Below, one piece after another: positions 38,301-48,791 of a stretch of 64,000 nt of DNA (within the stretch, counting starts at the first letter, position 1; every line of letters starts with the position of its first letter). A program made the position numbers and the translations under genes. Under the pieces are notes generated by a model. That model had not been told where the DNA came from. It saw only the letters and a program-made list of their open reading frames with translations, and did no database searches. The DNA comes from Utricularia gibba (lineage: Eukaryota; Plantae; Magnoliophyta): contig CM007989.1 of the NCBI GenBank assembly GCA_002189035.1, positions 6,758,001 through 6,822,000 on the forward strand, read 5' to 3'.

Positions 38301-38428
38301 ACTTCTTCTAGATAAATGATGTTCATGATTCGTTTTACATGCTGGGGATGGGGAGCTCAGCCTCTCGAAATTTCTCGTTACTGTCATCATTCCGATCCAA
38401 AATGAAAGGAAAGAAGCACACCGAGTAA
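32313..38428 (+). CDS. COP1-interacting protein 7-like large coiled-coil protein
   Basis: Exons 32313-32371, 32832-33011, 33388-33529, 33609-33648, 33965-34014, 34088-34143, 34381-34533, 34642-34853, 35192-36669, 36895-38047, 38212-38277, 38361-38428. VFQLTPTRTRC, WFTKATLERFVRFVSTPE, QKEQGMAFARAVAAGF, VVIRNINYI, KGLRRLLIFG, FSLLSSFRSK. Confidence 0.85.
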
Positions 38429-38774
38429 ACACTCCAGATGCTCCAGCTGCAAACTACCCTTTCAAATGGCAAGCAACAACATGAGATCTACAATCCGTGC
38501 AGTAGATTCATTGCCTTGTAGTTGGTTGATGTTCCAAGCTTCCCACGAAAAGCTGCAGTTGTGTTTCCACGAGTGGAATAAGTGTGAAGTGCTTCTGTGT
38601 TTCACAGCGGTGGATGATGCTGTGATTCTCCTCCATGTACTGTGAACCTCGAGTCCCCCTACCCCCTCCTTTTTTCAAGAGCAAGTGCTTATATTTTTTG
38701 GCTATGCTTCAGACAAAAACAAAGTGCAAGGCATGGCAGTTGGAGGTTCAGACAAAGCCTCAATGCAGTTAGTT

Positions 38775-38848
38775 GTGTCCGAGCACGTGGAGTATAGATA
38801 ATAGAAGCAAAAACTAGTTATATTATATAGCACCACGTGCTCGAAGAC
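38775..38848. repeat. Short inverted repeat with a G-box in each arm
   Basis: Perfect core CGAGCACGTGG (38780-38790) and CCACGTGCTCG (38833-38843), extending imperfectly to about 23 bp per arm. Confidence 0.7.
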
Positions 38849-39227
38849 AAACAACAAACAATTTTGTGCCACGAAAGAAAAATATTATTTCAATAATTTC
38901 TCGGGAAAATAGTTAATTTTTTTCAGATGAATTAAAAATCTAGCTATGTGTTAGGTATTATGTGAGAAAATTGATTATTCATTACACAAATTTTTTAACT
39001 ATAAGAAAGATTGTTAGAATGATCATTTTTCTAAATGAACTTAATTTTTTCATAATAAAATACCACAAAATAAACCAATTGTTTTTCAAATTAGAAAAAT
39101 GAAATAAAATTGTGTTCTTTCTGAAATACAAATTTTTAATTCGAAAAAAAGAATGTAAAGATGCACCACCTAACACGTATTTGCGTCCTAATCTCTCCGT
39201 CGGAAAATGGGGCGTAGCGTACAGCAA

Positions 39228-39479
39228 CTAATGAAGGATGTAGGTGAGAGCCAGCGCCAGCAACATGAGCCCGTACGCGATCCCCTGATCAATGGCTACC
39301 CCTGCAACCACCGAACCGGAGCACATTCAACCACAGAATGAAGGAATCTATGAACAGACAGGGGAGGCCGAAGAGAATCCCTTCATACCGTCGCTTGGGG
39401 AGGAATAAATGGGTGCAGCCGCTTCGTCGCCGACCGGCCGGAAGCCGCGACCGCCGAACCCTAATCTCGGAATCTCCAT
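39228..39479 (-). CDS. Arabinogalactan-peptide-like gene (AGP16/20/22/41 type) with atypical N-terminus
   Basis: Exons 39479-39389 and 39301-39228; SPSD|GVAIDQGIAYGLMLLALALTYILH* with the family-typical intron in SD|G. Confidence 0.75.
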
Positions 39480-39882
39480 TTCGTGTATGAACGTGTCTGG
39501 GAACCCAATATATAACTGCAGCTTCGCAGAGGAATGAAAAGATGATTGCGCGTTTTGACTCGTCAATTCAAATACCATGGATTGTTGTGCCTGAGAAAGG
39601 TATTCCAGAAATCGGACACGTGATCCCTCCTTTTATTCCCACGTTTTGATAATATGATTCGACGGTGGGGCCAAGGTTGGAGAAAGATTGGATCTTGGGG
39701 GAAAAAACATGTATTATCTAAGTACCCTGGAGCCTGTACATCTGACAAACTTTGAATGCATCATCTTCTTTCAAAACGTTCTGGTTTCTGAAGCCATCTG
39801 GAATTATCTGAGAGTAGTTCAGGAATCCCCTTCCTTGTTTATAAGAATGTTACAACGATCTATCTGACATACAGAGCTTCCT

Positions 39883-42573
39883 TCATCTGCCATTGATGCT
39901 CTCGACCAAGCTCACCTCTTTACCTCCACTCTTGTTCTCCAGCTCCTCCTTGAGAATCTCCATGGAGTCCGAGATCTCCTCCTTGTAAGTATAAAACCGC
40001 GAAAGCAGCAGAAAAGCCACGAGGTTGATTGCGTTCAGAGCCGCCAGTAAGGCGTAGTAGTAATCTAAATGCGATGCATTTAGATTGTTCCTGATCCACC
40101 CTCCACTGCCATTTCCTCTGGTGATCTTCTCCACGGTTGACAAAAGGCAGCTGCTCAGAAAATTCCCAACTCCCAAGCTGGTCATGGAGTAGGAAGTCCC
40201 TAAGCTCTTCATGCTTTCAGGGGCCTGATCGTAGAAAAATTCGATCTTGGCGACCTCTAGAAAGGCGTCGGCGACCCCATTAGAATGAACTGCGGAAGGA
40301 GTACGAAGATGGACAAAGGGACTACGCTTAGATTCCCTTTGATGTCATCTCCGTGAGCTCTGGCTACGTGAAGCCTGTGCCTCTCAGTGAGTGACGCCAC
40401 TGTCATGATCATGATGTGGATCAGCATCCCGATCCCCATTCTCTGCAATAGGGTGATTCCACGTGGGTTTTTGGTGAACTTTCTGACGAACTTGACGAAC
40501 CATTGATCGTAGATGACGACGGAGATGAGCATAGATAGTGTCACGAAGCCGGTGAGGCTGGCAGGGGGATTGTGAATGAGCCTAATTTCCGGTCCAGGGT
40601 GGTACCTTGTTTAACGAACAGGGTCCCGATTTGTGCGATCATCGTGCTTGGGATGAAGGTCGCCGCCAAAATCGGAAGCATTCGGAGCATCTGCTTCGTT
40701 TCTTCGACTTCGGTCTGACTGCACAGCATCCATCGTTTCGTCGAGCCGGTCTCTGTTGCAGCTTTGTTCAAGAACCTGGAAAAAGATGTGTCAACGCTCG
40801 GCGCCAAAATGACAATCCAGAGAAGCTTGATGTGCCACTACCTCAATGACGTGGAGGCCACCGGTTGTCCGGCAGGATCACCGCCGGACGGAACAGGGAG
40901 TTTCCATTTCCTAAGAGAGGCCACAATGACTCTGGCCATTTTACTAAAAGGGCTGCCAGTAGGTATTTTATGTCTATAGAAAGGCGTTCCGGCCAGAAAG
41001 ATGGCAATCGAGACGGCGAGGCCGATCGTCGGGAGGGCGTAGCCGAGCGACCAACCGACGTTATCCTGAATGTAAACCAGGACGGTGTTGGCGAAGAGGG
41101 TTCCCATGAAAATGCTAAACATCCACCAGTTGAAGAAGGAGAGCTTGTGGGATTTCTCTCTGGGGTCGAATTCGTCGAACTGATCCGCCCCGATGGTCGA
41201 AATGTTGGGCTTCGTTCCGCCGGTGCCGACGGCGAGTATGTAGAGAGCTCCAAAGTAGACTCCTAGTTGTAAAGTCGTGGCCTTTGGGCAGTTCACGCCC
41301 CTGGGATCGGAGCATACCGCCGGCTTCAGTGGGCTCACCGATACTGACAGAGTGAGCAACGTCATTCCCTGAGAATCAAGACAAAAGAGTTACACACGGC
41401 CACAAGATTCCAAGTCAACGGCGGTCGGCTTGTCGGAAGCCCCACAAGTAGAGTTTATCGGTTACCAGGAGATAGATCGCGGAGGCGACGATGAAAGTCC
41501 AGTAGCGGCCGAGGATGGCGTCGGCCACATACGCGCCCAGTACAGGAGTCAGCCAGATCGTGCCGACCCAATTCGTCACGTTGTTCGCCGACTGAACCGT
41601 CCCCTGGTGCAGCCGCGTCGTCAAGTAGATCACCAGGTTCGAAGATATGCCATAGTACGCCATTCTCTCGAACACCTCGTACACTGTAACAGAAACACAT
41701 TGTAAGAAGAAAGCAGCCCGGTTCCTCGATTGCTCCCTGTCCTAAACTTTAGCCCGAAAACTAAACTCCCACATTAATGCATGAATCACTCTCAACTGGC
41801 GCCGCCATTACTGGATACTCAAGCATTTAAAGGAGAAGACTTGACTTCCAGACACGACACAGTTATTCGGCTTCGTACGCAGGAGGCTCAACTCAACTAC
41901 TTTCCGGGCTGCTCTGCTAGTGCGGTGGAATCATACATCAATGAGGCAACCACCCTCATTAAGGAGTAATTAATCACAAAACTTAGCATAGTTGCATCTA
42001 CTCGTCCTATTCTTTAATCCCAACCAGAAAAGCGAGTTAACTGTCCGACAATTTCATTTCTTATCGGCATCCTGCATTCTACCCACTTGCGTTGCAAGAG
42101 CTGGTTCAAAATGAAAGCAAAGCAGGCTCCAAATTTAATGTCTTTTGGCGGTATTAAATAGCAGTAGATGAGTGAAGCTGTCAACAGACAACCAGCCCCA
42201 ACGTGTGGAGCCATGTCCACAGAGCAGGCGCTGCGGATCCGGAGCTCTTACTTCAATCTTCCATCACTCTGGTATTCACCAGACACACCATTACTCAAGC
42301 TAAGGAAACCAAGCCAAGCCACACGGGACTCTGTCGTTACCCTTGGATTCTACTTTTTTTACCCCAGTCAAAAAAGCAGGTCCAAACCACAACACACCGC
42401 ATACGAAAATCTCAAAGAAAGAAAAAGGGAGGGAGTGAATGAGAACGAACCGACTACGAAGGAGCAAGCAGTCCATCCCCAGTTTTGGATCGGAGAACAG
42501 GCCTCCCTCTCAGGTCAACAGACCCATCTTTAGTATACGCGCCGCCGTTATCTTCAACACCAGAGGCGTCCAT
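39883..42573 (-). CDS. NPF5: NRT1/PTR family transporter, NPF5.2/PTR3-like (three apparent homopolymer frameshifts)
   Basis: Exons 42573-42451, 41683-41466, 41368-40842, 40775-39883. YTKDGSVDLRG, EVFERMAYYGI, GTGGTKPNISTIGADQFD, FFNWWMF, EVEETK, LQRMGIG, FFYDQAPESMKSLG. The frame is restored by adding one base at each of 42477-42480, 40564-40568 and 40275-40278. Confidence 0.93.
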
Positions 42574-43331
42574 GAGGGCGACAGCAGCGGAGGAAGAGAG
42601 GAGTCCTTGCGTGATGGGAGGAGGAGGAGGACCATGTCTTTATAGAGCCAATGAGTTGGAATTTCGTGTATTTTATTCCCATGAGTAGAGCATTCAATCT
42701 TTTATCAACTTGCACCAACGTAGAGATAAAACCATCAATTGGTATATTCCTCACCTACCATACATTTTTAAAAACTAACCATAGTGACATTATCTCTTAC
42801 ATATTAATATTAGATTTGATATATGCATAAATTATAATCGGGATAAGTTTTATTTGGAATAAAAGAAGTATATAACAATACTTCTTTTTTTTATTATTTT
42901 ATTCCATGTTCATTAGATAAACTATTCGAACTAATCAAACATCATGGGTTTATTTTTTTTATTTAATTATTCACTTTATATTTTCTATCAAACATATTCT
43001 AAAAATTTAAATATAAAATGATTATTTTTCACTAACAATATGACAATTACTTCTCAAAATCATCCTCACACTCCACCCCAATGAACTCCTTGTGTGAAAG
43101 CATTCAATTTGATTTTTATTTTTAAAAAACATTATTTATCAAATAATAGAACACTCATTTAATTTAATTTTTTTCATGGGTTCTTTTTATTTTTAATGAT
43201 TGAATATTATTTGATGTTAACCTTTTATTTATATAAAAAAGGTAGCGGCAATTTGAAAAAAAGGATGAATCTTTGCATCTTTAGCCAGAGTCACAATCAA
43301 AAAATGCCATTTTTAAAACACGCAGAGGGAC

Positions 43332-43634
43332 ACGCGTCAGTTTCAAGGACGTTGAAGATAATACGATTTTTTTTTTCAAAAAAAAAAAGAACAGATAAGA
43401 TAAACACAGTTCAGGTACAAAGCGAAGGAGCGTTGTTCGTTGTGAATTGGATAATATGCGAATTTGTTTAAGTGATTTTGTTAAAAAAATGTTAAATCTA
43501 ATTACCGGGGGGAATGGACACGTGTCGGTAGTGTTCACAATAGCTTTTGACTTCATTCAACAGGGTCCAGGTAGCCGTGTGAAACGTAGACCGCGTGAGG
43601 TTTGAAAAGTCAATAAGCGTCGCTACCGACGTGG
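43332..43634. promoter_or_regulatory. Stress cis-element cluster upstream of NPF5
   Basis: ACGCGT 43332, CACGTG 43519, TTGACT 43547, CCGCGT 43591, AGTCAA 43608, ACCGAC 43625, ACGTGG 43629, within a GC-richer island. Confidence 0.45.
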
Positions 43635-44880
43635 CATTCCGCGGCTATAATTTCCGTCCAAGTTTAAAATTTGTTTAAAAAACATTATATTGTATTCATG
43701 ATTAAACTCTCAATACTTGAATTAATTATATATTTGAATATTTAAATAAATACATGTCATACAGTCGAAATTAAAATAATAAAATATATGGATTTTTTAT
43801 GTACATTTTACATATATATTTAAAATAATAAAATATAAAAATCACTTATGTGTTGTAATTAGATTTTTTATAGATGAGTTTGTATATTTTTTTTATAAAA
43901 CATATCTATCAAACATTTATTGTTTAAGACATACGTGTTTGAATATTTAAAAGTCAATCGCAATCGAGAAATATTATTATTATTTAAAAATTTTATTGAA
44001 ATAAAATTTAATTTTTTACTGGTGATGGATTAGGACCGCAGTTTCAAAACTAGTGCAGGGGTGTGGAAAAATATGGCAGCTTCATACTTTGTGCATCGTT
44101 TTCCATCGTCTAGATGATTAGGACAAGCCACCACAAATCCAACGAACAAGACTTTCCTAAATAAAATGTCAACATTTAGGGACAATTTGGTACCAGGATT
44201 TGAATTTAATTTATTTTAATATATATAAACTGGATTTGAGGAATAAAATATTTTTGGAATTATTAAACTGCAAGCACAAATAGTGAGGACACGGACTGGG
44301 TGGCGCTTCTTGTCCCGAAGGACATGCACCAGCCTCAACCAGCGAGTCAAGAGGGCAATTGAAGTTGTGGAGAATAACAGGCGCTGGATCAGGTGAACAA
44401 GAGGTCAAGCTTGATTTGTTGGAATAATGGTATTGAAGAAGAATTGACCATTGCTAATTAAAATGATTTTTAATTAGTTTATATATGATATAAATTCATT
44501 AATTTTGATGATTTTAAAAGTAAGTTGGACCTTGTACATACATAAAGTTTAATTTATTAGATCGAGTTAAGTTTTCAAAAGATCCCAAAACCTAAAAAGC
44601 TAATTGCAATAGGGAGTGCAAACCCATCTCAAAATCCTTTCACGTGTATGTAGATCAAGTTCATATTTTGATTCATTTTGTCTCGAATCCATCAGGTTAT
44701 AGGATTTACATATATAATCAACTGATTTATGAAATTTAAAAAATAGTTCTCAAAAAGATTCTTGAATTTTGAGGAATTGAGAAATTCTTTAGAACAATGT
44801 TTTAAATATCCAAGTTTTTAATTTTTTATTCTTTTTTGTGATCTATTTACAACATGATTAATGATACAATAGTCTTCCAT

Positions 44881-45835
44881 TGCAGATTTTTCTCTCTTTG
44901 AATCATTCCATGTTCACAAAGAAAGAGTGATATGACAGCGAATGGGAGTGTAGGAGGCATTAGTGTTGCATTGAAAGACATCCATGGAAGCTGTATGAAA
45001 GCTTAACTATACATTAGCGGGCTGCACAGAACAATGTAATTGACAGTAACAATAGATAACAAGAGGATATGCTACAACATGGGTGTCGGAAGTAGAGAGC
45101 AACAGTGGTTTTCTGTGTTTGGAATAAAGCAAGCACGTACACGATGCCATTCATGATGCAAATTAGGTATCTAGAAACGTGGTATAGTAGGATAACTGAT
45201 AAGAGAAAAGCCGAATAAATTCACTGAGAGATGCTTCATTATGGTCCATAATAACGGGATACTTGATTGACCTGAAAAAGTACCTGAGCAGCTTCATTTG
45301 CTGCATTCTTGGTCCACAATGTCATTTTATCTTCTCTTTGACGCACAGAAGCAGCCACGCCACAAATCTCATCCGCCTCATCAAATTGCTCAGAGACAGC
45401 CATTAACTGGTGGCCATAAGATCAAAAGTTCCCTGAGTTGAGAAGAATAACAAAAGGAACGTGCCTGAGATCCTACCTGTAATGAATCATCAAGAGAGAG
45501 TAATCTTACAGTTTCAAGCCACATTTTTTCCTGACTGGATACATCAACAGAGAGTAATCTTAACATTATGCTCGGTTTGAATACTTGATCGTATGAGCTG
45601 CAGCACAAACAACCACTTTACCTATCAGACCGAAAAAAGATTAAATCTTTCAGGCAAGAATACAGGGATTAGCTCAAATTCTTTAAACCATAAGAAACAA
45701 AGAAAAGGCGAGAAGAGACAACATTTACGAAATTGGATCTTGCCCTTAACAAAGCGAGAAAAGTTGCAAAGAACGAATGGTCGAATCACCTCCCCTACAC
45801 TCTCCGCCGCCGTCGCCGCCACTTCAGTCTGCCAT
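44881..45835 (-). pseudogene. eIF(iso)4E: eIF(iso)4E pseudogene
   Basis: Broken start ATG GCA G ACT GAA GTG (MA/TEVAATAAES). Exon 2 remnant 45597-45510 (YDQVFKPS...KMWLET, 88 nt). Exon 3 45406-45284 (LMAVSEQFDEADEICGVAASVRQREDKMTLWTKNAANEAAQ). Exon 4 remnant KLSYSFH near 44985-45005 with a mutated donor; exon 5 remnant DSKREKSA at 44904-44881. Confidence 0.85.
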
Positions 45836-46024
45836 TTCCGGAGGAAGAGAACTAGATTTGGTAACAAAAAAGAAACCACGGACTGCACTTCAGCCGGCTC
45901 TTGTTTTATTCATTTTTGTGACATAATTTTAGAGGGAAATTTGCTCATAAGGTTTTTAATCTGCAAAGAAAATCCTAATAAGGGTTTTTTAATTCCACAA
46001 ACCGCTAAATCGCCCCTTCCGCCG

Positions 46025-46345
46025 ATGGCTTCTTCGTCAGCTAAACGTTCTTCCAATAAAAAATCCGGCAGCGGCGGAGACGGAATCCTTTCTCGAATCA
46101 ACGAGTCTTCCATAGTTAAGAAGGGAAAGTCCGCCGCTAGCGACGTCGGGTATGTAGCCAAGCGCCTACTGAAGAGCACAGGCAACGCGGCGTGGATTGC
46201 TGCCACTACGTTCATCGTTCTAGGAATTCCCCTGATCATCGAGATGGATCGGGAAGCACAGTTCAACGAAGCCGCGATGCAGGAGGCATCACTTCTCGGC
46301 GGCCCCACAACTGGCCAACCGGCGTTTATGGCCCAGCCTAAGTGA
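46025..46345 (+). CDS. TOM9: Mitochondrial import receptor subunit TOM9 (plant TOM22 homolog)
   Basis: Single exon, 106 aa; KRLLKSTGNAAWIAATTFIVLGIPLIIEMDREAQF. Confidence 0.92.
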   Translation: MASSSAKRSSNKKSGSGGDGILSRINESSIVKKGKSAASDVGYVAKRLLKSTGNAAWIAATTFIVLGIPLIIEMDREAQFNEAAMQEASLLGGPTTGQPAFMAQPK

Positions 46346-46705
46346 TTTGTCGGTTTCCGAGGTATTGCATTGGTGCAGCGGATCTCTGGCTTTATCCTAG
46401 TCTCCTTTGAATTTCATTTATTCTGTTTCTTTTGCAGCAGTTTTAACGTGTTAGCCGTTGGTGGTGCTGTTTCTCTTCTGCCTTGTGATGCTTGATGACA
46501 TTGCTAGAAATAACATGATCTTACATGCATTGGACATTGTCCAAAGAAATTAGCTTTTTACAGAGTTTAGTATGGGGCTGCTTCAATTTAGTAGCAGTGC
46601 GCGGCTTTTGCCACTGCCCTGTTCTTAAATCGCTTTGTATTTTGCTTCTGGCATTGAATCTGAAGCTTGCTTCCAATGCTTAGTTCAAAATCCTTTCTTC
46701 TTGAT

Positions 46706-48391
46706 TCACCAGGTATCACCACAACTACACTTTCCATTTAAGAATCTATGGTATCTGTGAGCATCCCTTACTATGATTTCCCTGTTTTCTATTGTACTGA
46801 TATACCTGAATACTTGATGACAGTCTCTACAGATCTTCAAATTTTTCACCACTCTCAGAGGCTTTCCATTTGGGGTTACACCGGGTAGTAACCCGAAAGC
46901 CACAGCTAGTTTTTCACTATGACCCCAGAGCATCTCCTTCTTGTCTTCCTTATTTACATCATGTAGTGCTTCATTCATATGCGGAACATACCCTAGCTTC
47001 TCAATCTTCACCATTAACTCTGATAGCTTTGCGTATACCTCCTCCATCCTTTCATGCCGCCTGTCTCCAGCAAAGAACACATGAACCCTTCCCTTTACTT
47101 CAATCCAGCTTCTTCCCACTTCCTTTCTTACTCTCATGTCCCTCATCATCTTCCATATTTCCTTAACTTCGTTCCATCTTCTATCACTTGCAGAAGCATT
47201 AGCTAAAATAACATAGGCCGATTCGTCGTCTGGGTTGATCTCACGGAGTTTCTTGCTGATCCTAGTAGCAAGTTCAGGGTTTGTGTGGTTCACGCAGCTA
47301 GACAGCATTGTCCGCCACACTGCTGCATCTGGCTGGTAGGGCATTGTCAAGGCAACTTTCTCTGCTTCATCCAATCTCCCTTTTCTCCCCAGTGCACCCA
47401 CTAAACATGTGTAGTGCTCAATCTGTGGCTCTAATCTGTGCTGCAGTTTCATTTTGTCCAGCCACTTCTCTGTTTCAGATACCATCCCTGCATTGCTCAA
47501 CGCCGTCAGAACTGCCAAGAAACTGTAATTGTCTGGTTCTATTTCTTGTCTTTCCATGGACATGAAAAGCTCAATAGCAGATTCATGGCTTCCTTGTTGC
47601 GCATATGCAGCCATAATTGCATTCCAAGCGGCAATGCTTAGTTCCACTCTGAAGAGCTTTCTTGCATCCTCAACTAGTCCACACTTCCCATACCCGTCGA
47701 TCAATGCCGTCTTCACGTATTCATCGGAATCCCATCCACAAACGAGAGCATGCTCATGAATAACCATACACTGATCGAGCATCGCCGTCGCCGAAGCTGC
47801 ACGCAGCACCCCGGAAACGCTATGAGGAGTCGATCCCACGCCCTGCCTTCTCATCTCGACAAAATAACGCAAAGCATCAACGGGGCGATGGTTTCTCGCG
47901 AACCCATTAATCATAGCCGCGAAGCAAACCTCATCCCTCTCAGGCATTTCATCGAACACCTTAACTGCAGCATCCATATCCGGAGTCCGGCAATACACTG
48001 AGACGAACCCAGAGGCGACAAAAGGGTTATAGTCCACAGCGAGCTTGAATGCGAGAGAATGAAGTTGTGGGCAGAGAGAAGTAGATGATAAATAGGCGCA
48101 TGTTCTGAGCACCGTGGCGAATGTACGTGCATTGGGAAGAGATGGGGGGTTGTGGCGAAGCATGGAGAGGAAGAGGGAAATGGCGGTAGGAGAATTGGCG
48201 AATGCGGAGATGATGGAAGTCCATGTGACTGTATTTGGGCAAGGAATAGAGAAGAAGAGACTTAGAGCAGAGGAATTGAGATTGAAATTGGAGTAGAGGG
48301 TGATGAGGTGATTGAAGAAAGCTACGTTTTTTGGGGAAGGAACCAGTTCCTTGATAGCTTCGCCATGGATGACACGCGGATCTTTCACCAT
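46706..48391 (-). CDS. PLS-class PPR protein with E/E+/DYW domain
   Basis: Intronless. PPR repeats (VTWTSII, VFDEMPERD, ALIDGYGKCG, AWNAIM, HYTCLVGALGR), VWRTMLSSC, HSEKLA, KNLKICRDCH, RDAHRYHRF, CSCGDTW*. The start may lie further upstream. Confidence 0.95.
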   Translation of the reverse strand: MVKDPRVIHGEAIKELVPSPKNVAFFNHLITLYSNFNLNSSALSLFFSIPCPNTVTWTSIISAFANSPTAISLFLSMLRHNPPSLPNARTFATVLRTCAYLSSTSLCPQLHSLAFKLAVDYNPFVASGFVSVYCRTPDMDAAVKVFDEMPERDEVCFAAMINGFARNHRPVDALRYFVEMRRQGVGSTPHSVSGVLRAASATAMLDQCMVIHEHALVCGWDSDEYVKTALIDGYGKCGLVEDARKLFRVELSIAAWNAIMAAYAQQGSHESAIELFMSMERQEIEPDNYSFLAVLTALSNAGMVSETEKWLDKMKLQHRLEPQIEHYTCLVGALGRKGRLDEAEKVALTMPYQPDAAVWRTMLSSCVNHTNPELATRISKKLREINPDDESAYVILANASASDRRWNEVKEIWKMMRDMRVRKEVGRSWIEVKGRVHVFFAGDRRHERMEEVYAKLSELMVKIEKLGYVPHMNEALHDVNKEDKKEMLWGHSEKLAVAFGLLPGVTPNGKPLRVVKNLKICRDCHQVFRYISTIENREIIVRDAHRYHRFLNGKCSCGDTW

Positions 48392-48791
48392 TTCTTCTTC
48401 TTCCTCTGCAGTTGTAGTGTCGTTCCACCCCCGCCATGGGAGGGAGAGGGACAAATTTGGAGTAGAAACAAGCACCAGTTTTTCACCTTTTTTTTAAAAA
48501 AAAAGAATTTTGGTTTTTTTTCTCCAATTTTTTTTAAAATTTTATAATTCATATTCTACGTAATCTACTTTTTTGTTCTTTTAAATCCACTGGCTCTCTT
48601 CCTGCGGAGAGTGAAAGTCCAAAGGTTCCTCCTTTTGCATCACTTGTTCCCTCTGTAACCCAATTTGGATACGGGGGGCGAAGGGATAATGTGGAAGAGT
48701 GACGCCGGATTGGGGCTGTATTAGATTGTAACTTATCCTACTCCTGCTGCAGATCTTGCGGGTTGGGGTTTATAGATCTGGGGTTTCTTCA

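Noticed and set aside
48420-48437. Out-of-frame ATG upstream of the PPR as a sixth homopolymer frameshift
   Set aside because: It needs a -1 or +2 correction, unlike the consistent +1 pattern, and an in-frame ATG exists at 48391.
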